A stretch of DNA of 63,869 nucleotides, filler included, from Octopus bimaculoides (GCF_001194135.2; 6 parts of 6 records of this genome joined end to end with filler, not necessarily neighbours in it); one strand, 5' to 3'; counted from the first letter of the whole stretch, positions 26,150 to 39,150 are shown. Numbers and translations are program-made. Notes: a model not told the origin generated them from the letters alone.

Positions 26150-27360
26150 ATCGCTTGTCCTATGGTTAATCTGGAGGCTCGTCGGAATAAATGAGGGATC
26201 TGGCATTCAATATGCAAGTATGAAAAAGAAGATAAAGAAGGAGTGTTACGGGAGAGTTCGAGCAGTCCTAGAATAGGAGTTAAATGCATATAACAAGGTG
26301 TTAACTATAAATTCCTTAGCAGCTCCGGTTGTTGTTTACAGTTTCAATGTGTTGAACTGGAATATGAGCGAAATAAGGAAGACTGACAGGAAAACCTGTA
26401 AGCTGCTGACTTCCAATAAGATGCACCATCAAAAGGCAGACCCAGATCGTCTTTACCTACCCAGAGCTCAATGAAGTCGAGGTTTGATCCAATTTGAAAT
26501 CTCCTACAAAACCATCACAATGGAACTGGTAAAATACCTTGAAACGTTTAATGACTGGATGCTAAAGCTCGTTGAAAACCACGAAAGACGTAAGAGGCTT
26601 CATTCTGTTATGAAGAAAAGCAAGACATTTTCAAGTGAGTTTATGCATAATACCCAGGTTGAACAGCATGACGGAAGTGCAGCAACTACCATGCAAACGT
26701 TCTTAAAGACGGATCTGACCCTTCGTGCAGAATTTGCGGAAAATTCATAGAGACAATTGACCATGTTGTTTCTAACTGCCCAGTCCTCACTGAAAAGGAG
26801 TACCTCATAAGACATGACAGACTAGGACAGTACATCCACTGGAATGCTTGTAAATATTACAAAATGAAATCCCAGGATAAGTGGTACAGGCACCATCCAG
26901 AGGATGTAGTAAATGGCGAAGGCGTTACCATCCTTTGGAACTTCCCAATATCAGCAGACAGAAAAATTGACTCCAATCGATTAGGCATTGTGATCAAGGA
27001 CTACAATAGATATGTGAGTCCTACAAGATCAAAATGTCTCAAGAAAGGAATACGGAAAGCTTTCTCGCTATAAAAATCTGCAAATTGAAATCACAAAAAT
27101 GTGGACAGTAGTAATTGGTACATTGGGAATGATAAAAACGGGAGCTGAGAAGTAGATTAAGCAACTCCCTGGTAACTCCAATCTCTGTGAACCACAAAAG
27201 ATAACCTTGATGGGTACAGTCCATATACTACGGAAAGTATTCTCCATCTAAAATGGAATAAACGTGGTGATAATTCTAGCATGCATAGCAAAGCAAAAGT
27301 GCCCTTGCTACTCTTGTCCTTCGGAAGATGCCCGGTACTAAGGCAGCTGAAATAAAGTTA
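26150..27360 (+). mobile_element. RLE-type non-LTR retrotransposon (R4/Dong-like), 3' part
   Basis: ELNAYNKVLTINSLAAPVVVYSF...MHHQKADPDRLYLPR; CCHC-region remnant; RHDRLGQYIHW...WYRHHP...ILWNFPISADRKIDSNRLGIVIKD; (AAT)n tail. Confidence 0.85.
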
Positions 27361-27742
27361 TAATGAAAAGAAACCATAAATGATAATAATAATAATAATA
27401 ATAATAGTTTATTTTTTTGCTTTTTTGTATTGTTTAATAATAACGTGTTTCTGGTATAATTACATTGTTAAGATAAATATGATTATTACAATATGCGATA
27501 TTGTTTATTAAAATTTAATGCAATACAATAATACATTGTTTATATATTTATGGTAAATGTGATAGAATAGTTAGTATTGAACGACGCATGCGTTGAGTTC
27601 ATCCGATTCTATTTCCTCCTAAATTTAAGTGTCATCAGTTACATTAAGAACGATAAGATACAAAACAGCATTTAGAATTGAAACCGTTCTCTCTCTGTTT
27701 TCTCCCAGAATTCTGGCAATGGTTTGTTGTATCCAAGTTTAC

Positions 27743-27776
27743 CTTTAAGCCAGTATGTCTTCTGGCATCCTTTGCC
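27743..27776 (-). CDS. Guanylate cyclase C-terminal exon
   Basis: GKGCQKTYWLK matches the KGKGxxxTYWL motif; acceptor ttttcaattccatag, donor gtaaac; 34 nt, phase 0 to 1. The final stop-containing exon was not located. Confidence 0.9.
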
Positions 27777-27922
27777 CTATGGAATTGAAAAAAAAAAAGA
27801 GGAAAAAGAAAAGAGTAAATATTGCTTATCAGAGCATGTATGAGCATGTATTAGATGTGTGTGTGTGTGTGTGTGTGTGAGTGAGTGTGCGTTATGAATA
27901 GAAATTGACGCCAACATCACTT

Positions 27923-27964
27923 CACTCTGAAGATGAGACTATGAAGATTCAAGAAACGTTAGCG
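27923..27964 (+). ncRNA. Degenerate hammerhead-like motif in a guanylate cyclase intron (antisense)
   Basis: CACU-CUGAAGA-UGAG...UUCA-A-GAAAC-GUU-AGCG; intact core, weak helices I and II. Confidence 0.35.
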
Positions 27965-28331
27965 ATAGATTCAAAATATTTTTTCTTTTATACAAAGTGC
28001 AAGAAATTCATAGGAAAATGTGAAAAAAGCCTTGATATAAAAAACCAAGAACACAGTCGTGCTTTTAATGCACAACACTGTCTTCATCGTTGTCGCCATC
28101 GCGGTCGTTTTACGTCCACTTTCTATGCTGGCATGCATTAGACTGGTTGTTACGATCCGACAGTTTCTATTTGGTGATACTGCCGTCTTAGAGAAANNNN
28201 NNNNNNNNNNNNNNNNNNNNNNNNNNNNNNNNNNNNNNNNNNNNNNNNNNNNNNNNNNNNNNNNNNNNNNNNNNNNNNNNNNNNNNNNNNNNNNNNNNNN
28301 NNNNNNNNNNNNNNNNNNNNNNNNNNNNNNN

Positions 28332-28389
<58 letters not shown>

Positions 28390-29052
28390 CTCTCTCTCTT
28401 ACTCCCAAGCTGTCACGCCCTCGTCTACCTAGGTAGGCAACCCAGAATAATTAACGAGGTATGGCTGTGTGGCGGTAAGAAGCGGTTGCTTAAAAACCAC
28501 ATGGTTCTGGGTTCATTCCCACTGTGTTCCACCTTGGACAAGTGTCTTCTGTTATAGCCTCAGGCCGACCAAAGCTTTGTTAGTGGATTTGGTAGACGGA
28601 AACTGAAAGAAGCCCGTCGTATATAAAACACGTCACATACACACTTACAAATATATATGCATGTGTGTGTCTTTGTGTCTGTGTTTGTCTTCCACCACCG
28701 CTTGACAACTGGTGTTGGTGTGTTTACGTCCCCATAACTTAGCGGTTCGGCAAAACATACCGATAAACTAAGTACCAGGTGTGGAAAAGAAAACTAAGTG
28801 CTGGGGCTGATTCGTTCGACTAAAAATCCTTCAAGGCTGTGCCCCAGCATGGCTGCAGTCTAATGACTGAAATAAGTAAAAGATGAAAAAAAAAAAAAAG
28901 GCATGGCACATGTTACAAAGGCACACCCGTTCGTGAGTGATTACTGGCACTGAAGTGTCATTTCATCAACAGAAAATATAATGACCCTACAACCAATGGT
29001 ATCCCAGTACAAAGAACCGTTTAGGGTACAAAATATGATCAATTCTACTCAC

Positions 29053-29144
29053 CTTAATATCTGTCTCACCGCGTAAACTGATAATGTAGCCGGTGGCAGT
29101 GCGGAGACAGTCACATGATGTTTGACTTAACTGGATTCTTAAAG
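29053..29144 (-). CDS. Guanylate cyclase catalytic exon
   Basis: (P)LRIQLSQTSCDCLRTATGYIISLRGETDIK; acceptor ttttcattctcag, donor gtgagt; 92 nt, phase 1 to 0, in frame with both neighbouring exons. Confidence 0.9.
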
Positions 29145-29729
29145 CTGAGAATGAAAAATTTCGAAAACAGCATGAAACTATCGTTGGATAAGTGATAAAA
29201 GAAATCATAGGAACTGTTGTTGTTGTTGGCACTCCGTCGCTTACGACGTCGAGGGTTCCAGTTGATCCGATCAACGGAACAGCCTGCTCGTGAAATTAAC
29301 ATGCAAGTGGCTGAGCATTCCACAAACATGTGTACCCTTAACGTAGTTCTCGGGGATATTCAGCGTGACACAATGTAACAAGGCTGACCCTTTGAATTAC
29401 AGGCACAACAGAAACAGGAAGTTTCTCAGCACTGATCAGAAAACAGTTCCGTTCGTTGAAATTATAAACAAAGCCATCAGTTTGTTTAGGCTCAAAGGGT
29501 CTGGGTACTTCTGACTGACGAGACCCAACATGTCGAAACATCGCCATTGCACCAATGAGCCGAGTGTGTTATGAATACATTGTCATCGTAAAAGGAAGAA
29601 GTCGTTCTCTTGTAACATACACAACAACGATTAGCATATCTGCGTTTGAATCTGTCGGAACGTATAGAGAATAAATGTACAAGTCTTCGATTCGAATATT
29701 TCTTAGCTAAACATTTTTTTTCTACTCAC

Positions 29730-29813
29730 GTTCACCAGTTGATTCCATCCTAGAAGCCATGTTGACTGTGTCTCCAAAAAGACAATATCGTGGCATCGCT
29801 GTTCCTACCACAC
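29730..29813 (-). CDS. Guanylate cyclase catalytic exon
   Basis: [28 protein letters not shown]; acceptor ttttctgttattcaag, donor gtgagt; 84 nt, phase 1 to 1. The Cys of RYCLFG is the GTP-specificity residue. Confidence 0.95.
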
Positions 29814-29954
29814 CTTGAATAACAGAAAATAAATGGTAAACATATCTTCATTTGTCGGCTATTTGGTACGTACATACTTGCACACGTACACACACACACA
29901 CATACACACACGTACACGGACATACATATACTTAGACACGCAACCACACATATT

Positions 29955-30150
29955 TATATGTATATATTTATGTGTGTGTATATGACTATATGTATATATG
30001 TATATTTATGTGTGTATATGACTATATGTATATATGTATATTTATGTGTGTATATGACTATATGTATGTATGTATATTTATGTGTGTATATGACTATATG
30101 TATATATGTATATTTATGTGTGTATATGACTATATGTATATATGTATATA
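29955..30150. repeat. 36-bp minisatellite, ~5.5 copies
   Basis: Unit atgtatatttatgtgtgtatatgactatatgtatat; gives the spurious MCVYDYMYICIF repeat ORFs. Confidence 0.85.
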
Positions 30151-30208
30151 TATATTTTTTGAAGATTAAATAAAAAGATAACAAACGGAAAATATGACAT
30201 ACCTGTAT

Positions 30209-30268
<60 letters not shown>

Positions 30269-31602
30269 AAAATTAAAAAAAAACGTGTAGTAAATAAACA
30301 TACGAACATATACTAAATACACAATCGATTGGAAAATACAGAAGGTAACCAACTCCTCTTCGGTTATCGGCCAGAAGGTCGAGCGCAATTTCGGCCATTA
30401 TCGATAGTATTGGGGTCGATCTAATCGACTGGCCCCTCCCCCAGAATTTCGGGATTTCTGCCTAGAGAAGAAAAGAATATATATAGAAAACATGATTCTA
30501 ATTTAATCATTTTATATAAGGCATTTTTTTCTGTATCTAAGTATCAGACCCTTGTATTTAGTGTGGAACAATAAAGTTTCCAAATTCGTGCTTCGTCAAC
30601 GTTTCTAGACTATCTCAGCCTCATTTTCAGGATGAGGAGTGATTGTTTTGTTTTTCTTTTTTGTTTCTTGTTATAGAGAGCGGCTCATGTTTATGCATAT
30701 TCTTATAACCAAAAGTTTGTTTATGTAGATTTCACAGCCAGCATTTGACAAAATTCCTGTTTGATATGTCATACGTCTGTAGTTTCTTGTGAAAAGTGAC
30801 TATAGGAACCCTGTGATCAATTTGGTTGTGTTAGATGTAATAGTGATGATGATAATGATGGTGATGATGGTGGTAGTGGTGGTGGCGATGGTAGTGGTGG
30901 TGGTGGATGTGGTGGCGGTGGTAGTGATGGTGGTGTGTGAGTAATTCAACTCATGATCGTTAGTTGATTTTGGTTAGCTGCAGTCGAGTTGACCCGATTA
31001 ACAGAAGCCGTCTGTCATCTACGACTGTACAACAGCATCAGCAGCATCACCGACCCACTATCCACCACCACCACCACCACCACAGCGACGGTGGATGTTA
31101 TGTTGTGTGCGTTGAAGTATGGCTGGAATTTGTCTCGATTTGGCGGAGTTTCTGTGTGGCCGGAACTACCGTATGGTTTATGAGACGGACTATTTAGTGA
31201 TGGAATTGTTACATGACAGCCCTTGTATCTATAATTTGCCCTTTCTTTGTCAAGACATGGAGATGAATTTTACACAACAGCTTGAGAAGGAATGAGTTCT
31301 AATTGTTGATGTGCATTTGTAAATCAGCAAAGTACGAAACATGGCAGAACTGATGTGATAATTCAAATCATCAGATTAACGGGAAATCCTCCCCCCTCTT
31401 CCTCATCGTGGTTGTCGTCGTAGTCGTAGTCATCACCATCACGTTGTTGTTGTTGATGATGTTGCCTTCCTTGCAATACGTTACGCCATTGCGACTCCCA
31501 CCCATACACTCTCCCTGAGCCGGTGTTGGCGTGTCTACGTCCCAGCTGTTCAGAGGTTTATCTCATCCGTGTAATATGTGTAACATGTCATCGTCGTCGT
31601 TG

Positions 31603-31633
<31 letters not shown>

Positions 31634-32815
31634 CTTCTTCTTCTTCTTCTTCTTCTTCTTCTTCTTCTTCTTCTTCTTCTTCTTCTTCTTCTTCTTCTNN
31701 NNNNNNNNNNNNNNNNNNNNNNNNNNNNNNNNNNNNNNNNNNNNNNNNNNNNNNNNNNNNNNNNNNNNNNNNNNNNNNNNNNNNNNNNNNNNNNNNNNNN
31801 NNNNNNNNNNNNNNNNNNNNNNNNNNNNNNNNNNNNNNNNNNNNNNNNNNNNNNNNNNNNNNNNNNNNNNNNNNNNNNNNNNNNNNNNNNNNNNNNNNNN
31901 NNNNNNNNNNNNNNNNNNNNNNNNNNNNNNNNNNNNNNNNNNNNNNNNNNNNNNNNNNNNNNNNNNNNNNNNNNNNNNNNNNNNNNNNNNNNNNNNNNNN
32001 NNNNNNNNNNNNNNNNNNNNNNNNNNNNNNNNNNNNNNNNNNNNNNNNNNNNNNNNNNNNNNNNNNNNNNNNNNNNNNNNNNNNNNNNNNNNNNNNNNNN
32101 NNNNNNNNNNNNNNNNNNNNNNNNNNNNNNNNNNNNNNNNNNNNNNNNNNNNNNNNNNNNNNNNNNNNNNNNNNNNNNNNNNCGCACACACGTGTGAAGT
32201 TTAACTGGTGACCGCCATTGTTGCTGATGTCTCCATTTGTGTTTGTTTTCAGCTTGAGAAACAGACGACAGACTTCTTTCAGTTTCCGTCTACAAAATCC
32301 ACTCACAAGGCTTTGGTCGCCCCGAGGCTATTATAGAAAATCCTTACTCAAGGTGCCATTCAGTGGGACTGAACCCGGAACCTTGTGGTTGGGAAGCAAG
32401 TTTCATACCATACAGTCACGCCTGCGCCTATCTATATTCTAAATTCTACTGTTTTATCTTCTTTTTGGAACTTTTCTATAAACACGTGTATCTTTCGATA
32501 CGATAATAGATCGAACTGTCCATGGATGGCTAGATTTAACCATTTATTTAAGATTTTATTCCAAATTCTTTGTCTGTTAAAAGCAAAACAAAACGGTGTT
32601 AATATTTCTGAGTTAAAAATGCGGCCAGCGAGCAGAAACGTTAGAACGCCGAGCGAAATGCTTAGCGGTATTTCGTCTGTCTTTACGTTCTGAGTTCAAA
32701 TCTATCCATATGGATAGATCTATCTATCCATATGGAAAAGAGTGGCGCAATCAAGACACAATTGGAAGCTCATTATATATAACAGCATCTGGTGTCAGGT
32801 CGATACTGGGATGTA

Positions 32816-32857
<42 letters not shown>

Positions 32858-34205
32858 NNNNNNNNNNNNNNNNNNNNNNNNNNNNNNNNNNNNNNNNNNN
32901 NNNNNNNNNNNNNNNNNNNNNNNNNNNNNNNNNNNNNNNNNNNNNNNNNNNNNNNNNNNNNNNNNNNNNNNNNNNNNNNNNNNNNNNNNNNNNNNNNNNN
33001 NNNNNNNNNNNNNNNNNNNNNNNNNNNNNNNNNNNNNNNNNNNNNNNNNNNNNNNNNNNNNNNNNNNNNNNNNNNNNNNNNNNNNNNNNNNNNNNNNNNN
33101 NNNNNNNNNNNNNNNNNNNNNNNNNNNNNNNNNNNNNNNNNNNNNNNNNNNNNNNNNNNNNNNNNNNNNNNNNNNNNNNNNNNNNNNNNNNNNNNNNNNN
33201 NNNNNNNNNNNNNNNNNNNNNNNNNNNNNNNNNNNNNNNNNNNNNNNNNNNNNNNNNNNNNNNNNNNNNNNNNNNNNNNNNNNNNNNNNNNNNNNNNNNN
33301 NNNNNNNNNNNNNNNNNNNNNNNNNNNNNNNNNNNNNNNNNNNNNNNNNNNNNNNNNNNNNNNNNNNNNNNNNNNNNNNNNNNNNNNNNNNNNNNNNNNN
33401 NNNNNNNNNNNNNNNNNNNNNNNNNNNNNNNNNNNNNNNNNNNNNNNNNNNNNNNNNNNNNNNNNNNNNNNNNNNNNNNNNNNNNNNNNNNNNNNNNNNN
33501 NNNNNNNNNNNNNNNNNNNNNNNNNNNNNNNNNNNNNNNNNNNNNNNNNNNNNNNNNNNNNNNNNNNNNNNNNNNNNNNNNNNNNNNNNNNNNNNNNNNN
33601 NNNNNNNNNNNNNNNNNNNNNNNNNNNNNNNNNNNNNNNNNNNNNNNNNNNNNNNNNNNNNNNNNNNNNNNNNNNNNNNNNNNNNNNNNNNNNNNNNNNN
33701 NNNNNNNNNNNNNNNNNNNNNNNNNNNNNNNNNNNNNNNNNNNNNNNNNNNNNNNNNNNNNNNNNNNNNNGTGGTGAGAGAAGATTATATATATATATAT
33801 ATTAGTGGTGAGAGAAGATTATATATATATATATAAGATTATATATATTAATGTAAGGGTTTTGGAGAGTGAGAAAGAGAGGATGGGGACAAAAATAAGA
33901 GTAAAAGACAAGATATGTAAGAGAGGAGAAAGTGAAAGTAGAGTGGCAGGGAGTGTGTCAGATAATCAGAATAACGAGAAAAGACTACCATATCAAACAC
34001 ATCAGTGGTTACAGGGAGTAACAACTGCATAACGAACAGTAAAAAAATAGCAGCCAATCGCATTTAATGTATTGGCCTGACTCTCGGTTGCGACAACGAG
34101 TGTTCCAGTTGATACATGCACACATAAACTTATCTACACACACATACACATACACACAGAGACGCACATACTCATACACGGGCTTGCATATAGACGCGCA
34201 CTCAC

Positions 34206-34398
34206 CTTATAAACATCATGTTTGGCGATGATGTTATCAAAATTCGTGTAGAGTTCATTGAGGAGGTTAACGATCTGTATTGGTGTGCTGAGAGCTGAGA
34301 GAGCTGTGAAACCGACGATGTCGGAAAAATAGATAGTCACATCATTAAACAATTCAGCATTGACCACTTGCCCTTTCTTCAACTGCTCAGCTACTTGC
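34206..34398 (-). CDS. Receptor-type guanylate cyclase, exon encoding the start of the catalytic domain
   Basis: [64 protein letters not shown]; acceptor ttttacag, donor gtgagt; 193 nt, phase 2 to 0. Confidence 0.95.
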
Positions 34399-34559
34399 CT
34401 GTAAAACACAGAGTATANNNNNNNNNNNNNNNNNNNNNNNNNNNNNNNNNNNNNNNNNNNNTTAATTAATTAANNNNNNNNNNNNNNNNNNNNNNNNNNN
34501 NNNNNNNNNNNNNNNNNATAAATATATATATATAATTATGTGTATTTCTTCTATCTTAA

Positions 34560-35620
34560 TGAATAAAAATTCTTCTGATAGAATAAATGGGTTAATAGAA
34601 ACCAATGTAGCAAAGAACACAAAATAACTGTGGTTTAGTTCCTGTTTTTAAGGCAGGAACTCCTTGAAATTTTGGGTATTTGAGTATATTTAAGAATTTA
34701 AGGAATGGAGAAAACGCATGTTATAATTGCATACTTTATTCCTACATATGTTTCAAAGGATTACAACCTGTGTGATCCATAGGGATCTTTGATATTAAAA
34801 TTGTAACCTTCTCATCGGGGAAAGCATGGGAATCATCTTAAACGTAAGACATTATGACCAGTGTAGGATAGTGTAGGTATCAAGTTAGAGGGCTTTAATA
34901 CCTCTAAAGGATAATTAAATCCAGAGTCGCTCCTGGTTATTACCTGGGTAGGTACAGTCTTTTGTATGGTTGTACGGTAGCAAGTAGTTCGGTTTAGGTT
35001 ATATAGGAGAAGAAAATGGATATAATAACAATGGGAAACTCGTGGTTTTCGCTGGTATGTCTTTAATTCAATAAATAACAAAGAAAGAAGAAGCAGAGAT
35101 GAGGGTAGCATTTACGATCGTTTCAGTTTACTAGTTTAAGTAAATATCTTCAGAATGCGAATATTGATAGATGTATCGGTTAGGATGCGAAAATAATTGA
35201 TACATATGTGATGGTAATGTAAACAAAGTGGTAATTCTTGCATTAAATTTTTGTTCTTGCACTGGTAAATTCGCTGGGTAGAGGTTTGCTTGTGGTAGAT
35301 TAGTTAGTTTCGTTGGGTAATTAGGGCGGGTGAGTATTATTTAGGTGCGGGTTTCCTAGTTTAATTAAGCAATTTTTGTTCACACGTGTGTATTCCGTTT
35401 TACGATGAATAACACCGACGGTGTAAGTGAAGGGGGTGACTCTAGCAGGGTGAAAAGGGAGCTAACTCATACCAAATATTGGGTGGTTTGAAAATGTGTC
35501 TTAATGCTAGAGTTTAGGAAGTTCTTAGTGCTAGGCGGGGCCCAATGTATTTGCAAAGTGTATTATTATGGAATGTTTGGGACGAGTGGATTTGCGGGGT
35601 GACTATTCGTGTGTATGTAT
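34560..35620 (-). mobile_element. Probable degenerate Penelope-like remnant
   Basis: CKYIG...KLLN remnant near 35370-35600 followed by a hammerhead at 35108-35158; heavily decayed. Confidence 0.4.
35108..35158 (-). ncRNA. Minimal hammerhead ribozyme with degenerate base of helix II
   Basis: GCAUU-CUGAAGA-UA-UUUACU-UAAACU-AGUAAA-CU-GAAAC-GAUC-GUA-AAUGC: 5-bp helix I, palindrome ACGAUCGU; the two core-proximal helix II positions do not pair. Confidence 0.62.
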
Positions 35621-36644
35621 GTATGTATGTATGTATGCATTTCCACGGGGATGTGGAAATACCTGGGCTGGTGTCCAGGCATGCGGTTGCCCTGCTGGGA
35701 GTAGGAAGCCCCTTTGTATTCTGAGAGAATACTTGCGTCACTGACAATAATGTAGACTAGTTCTTCTTTTTGAGTTTATGCTGTCCATGTTCAAAGAGTG
35801 GGATTGCATTTGTGTAGATAGGATTTGTCCAAATTCTTTCCCTACTATAAAAAAAAAAATCATCACGCACAGGCAACGCTTGAAAAAAGTAAGACCCATC
35901 ACAAAAATGACTGGTCGTTGCCTTCGCATGTGTAGGAATTTCGATCAGCCGATGGCAATATTCGGGCACGAGATTACAGCCATCATATATATATGTGCAG
36001 GTTTGTATGCTTTGTTTTATGTATGTATTCTCATGCGTATAGTTGCATATCTAGACATGCTGACATATACTTAAATGATAAACTTCCGGAAAGTTTTACA
36101 ATTTTTTTAAGCTCCAGTGATGGATAGGATCTGTAGTCTTCGAATCAACTTTCTCTTTTCTCGCTTTGAGAAGATTTCTTTCTCAAGATAGGTATTTAGG
36201 CAGTGTGTTACATGACCCGGTGCCTCAATAATTACAGGTATAAACCTGAACTTGTAATCTGGATAGAGCCACTGTAGATTTCTCAATAGTTCAGGGTATT
36301 TTCTTTTTTTTTGCTGATCTTCAGCTTTATGTTAACATCCCCTGGGCAGTTGATTTCCACAACAGTTTCTCTTCTCTATCCCAAATCGCTATGTCAGGTC
36401 AATGCATGTATGTATGTATGTATGTATGTATGTATGTATGTATGCATGTGCGTATGTACGAATGCATATATGTATGCATGTGTATGTATGTAGGTAGGTA
36501 CGTATATATGTTTGTACGTATGTATGTGTGTGTGTACGTACATATGTATGCATGCGTATATGTGTGCATGTATGTGTGTAGATGTATGTATGCGTGTAGA
36601 TGTATGCATGTGTGTATGTATGCATGCATGTATGCATGCATATA

Positions 36645-36706
<62 letters not shown>

Positions 36707-37309
36707 TATGTACTGGCAGAAGAGATTACTCACTGGTGAGAGAATTATTCAGAAACTGGTTTTGTCAGAGAAAAGTACATTGTGGTGCATGTTCTTCATT
36801 TTAAATAATACTACCGCTCTGCATTGCAGCGTCTGTCAAATGAATTCTCATTTATTTACTCGTTTCAGATAAATCGTCTAAAAACCGTCTACNNNNNNNN
36901 NNNNNNNNNNNNNNNNNNNNNNNNNNNNNNNNNNNNNNNNNNNNNNNNNNNNNNNNNNNNNNNNNNNNNNNNNNNNNNNNNNNNNNNNNNNNNNNNNNNN
37001 NNNNNNNNNNNNNNNNNNNNNNNNNNNNNNNNNNNNNNNNNNNNNNNNNNNNNNNNNNNNNNNNNNNNNNNNNNNNNNNNNNNNNNNNNNNNNNNNNNNN
37101 NNNNNNNNNNNNNNNNNNNNNNNNNNNNNNNNNNNNNNNNNNNNNNNNNNNNNNNNNNNNNNNNNNNNNNNNNNNNNNNNNNNNNNNNNNNNNNNNNNNN
37201 NNNCCTTTCGGAGTCGATTAAATAAGTAATCGACTTAATCCCTTCCCCCAAAATTTGAGGCCTTGTGCTTCCAGTAGAAAGGATTATTGTTGTTGTTTTA
37301 CTTCTCAGA

Positions 37310-38480
37310 ATGTTTGGTCTTGTTTGTTCTGGTTGATTATGTGGCAGCGGACAGCAGCCTGCCGTCAGAGGTCACACAGGGTCTCTTTTCGCACATTATA
37401 AGCTTTTGATACTTGGTTGTTAATTATCGTGGGAGACATTCAACATCCAAGTACCAATCTCAAAATCCTAGCTGTTCCCAGAAAAGCAGTTTTTGGGGTT
37501 TGCTCTGTTATCATCTCAATTCCGATTTCTCGAACTTGTTTGTAAGCGCCCCGAGTGCCCCTACGACTACTGGAATGACAGACACTCTCCTCATAGACCA
37601 TATTCTTGCAATTTCGTCTTTTAGTAGTCTGTACTTTTCAATCTTTACTTGTTCTTTGTCACTTATGCGTACATCTTCAAGTATTGCAATATCTATAATT
37701 TTGGATTCCTTTTTTTCCCTTTATCTACCACAACAATATCTGGTCTCCGAGCATCAATTAGGGAGTCAGGCTGGATTGTAAAATCCCACAGTCTCTTATG
37801 TTCCTTGTTCTCAGTGACTCCTTCTGGTTCATGTTCCTACCATTTCTATGCTCTGTTCAGACCATACTTTTCAGGCCATACTTTTCCATTGCACGACCTT
37901 ATCCACGTTATTAAGTCTCCTTTTGTAGTGCTTTTGTACCAGCTTGCTACACTCATTCACGATATGTGATATTGTTTCGTTTCTGCTGCTACACATCCTA
38001 CAAAGGGGCGATTCACTGCCCTTATCTATTTGAAGCTTTGTGTAGTTACTTCTCAGAGCTTGTTCCTGGGCGCTGTATATCAATGCCGCTGTGCATCCTT
38101 TCATATCGTTTTTTCTCAGCCATCTCCAAGTGTTGATCCTGTCTTTTCCTTCGATTTCTCAGAAGTATTGCCCATGCAGTGGTTTCATTTCCCAGTTGCT
38201 TACTCTTTCTTCTTCATCTTGTTTCTTAATTGTTTGTAAGTGCATCGCATTTCCGGTAGGCTTTATATCAGCGGCAAGCAAGGATTCACCCAGCTGTTTG
38301 ATTTACCATCCCAGACTGTTCTTCTCGTTGACAACACAAATCTTACATCCTATGAGACCCTTTCACCCCTATTTCTGAGCACATACAGTCTGTCAGTATC
38401 ACTTTTGGGAAGTAGTTCGTTGTTAATTGTCATCACTTTCCTAGTTTTCCTCTCCATTTCCTCAGGTGTTCATCGCGCTG
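37310..38480 (-). mobile_element. RLE-type retrotransposon (R4/Dong-like) fragment
   Basis: AALIYSAQEQALRSNY...CRMCSSRNETISHIVNECSKLVQKHYKRR; IVVIPVVVGALGA end; internal deletion; same family as 17125-17810. Confidence 0.85.
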
Positions 38481-38486
38481 ATATTG

Positions 38487-38525
<39 letters not shown>

Positions 38526-38532
38526 CATTATT

Positions 38533-38588
<56 letters not shown>

Positions 38589-38619
38589 CTTTGCACAGCT
38601 TCTAACGCTATATATATAC

Positions 38620-39150
38620 TACGGTGTCAGCTGTTCACTACCAGTGAATTAAGGTAACACCCTTTATTTTTCGAGTACCCTCGGAGTTTTCGAGCGGTTC
38701 AAAGGAGTGCAAGTGCTCCACCCTTATTGCAGCCCCTATTTGTTCCATGTACTTCTCAAGATTTTCACTCACTGTTCCCAGGGCTCCGACAATCATTGGT
38801 ACTACCATCACCTTTTTCGGCGACCACAACTGCTGAACCTCCCAAGCTAACCTGTTATATCTATCGACTTTTCTTTCTTCCTTATCGCGTATCTTGTTGT
38901 CAGCTGGGCCTGCTATATTTATGTTCCAGCATTGTTTGCTTTCTTTCTCAATCAACACTGTGTCTGGTCTCCTATTCTCTATCTCATGGTCGTACTGAAT
39001 CATACAATCCCATACGATCTTTGCATTATTATTTTCGATGATAGCTTCGGTTTTATGTTCGTACCAATGTTTTGCTCTGTCAAGTCCATACTTGTTGCAA
39101 AGCGTCCAATGGACAACCCTTGCTATATTGACATGACGTCTCTTATATTC
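38620..39150 (-). mobile_element. RLE-type retrotransposon 3' end (second subfamily)
   Basis: IQYDHEIENRRPDTVLIEKESKQCWNINIAGPADNKIRDKEERKVDRY...VVPMIVGALGTV. Confidence 0.85.

Noticed and set aside
29070-29190. Plus-strand coiled-coil-like reading LKAENEKFRKQHETIVG
   Set aside because: It is the antisense of the guanylate cyclase exon 29053-29144.
29511-29550. CUGACGA-GAC...GUC-GAAAC hammerhead half-match
   Set aside because: Helix II is good, but there is no valid cleavage triplet or helix I.
30340-30400. Minus-strand MAEIALDLL resembling the cyclase EIAxMALDLL motif
   Set aside because: No usable acceptor, no GDAY or RIG context, and it abuts a SINE fragment.
32700-32736. 20-bp palindrome atctatccatatggatagat plus partial duplicate
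   Set aside because: Low-complexity scar at a SINE truncation point.
36720-36892. Apparent plus-strand exons KRLLTGERIIQKLVLSEK and INRLKTVY
   Set aside because: Look like DNA-transposon remnant sequence on the minus strand; not supported as exons.
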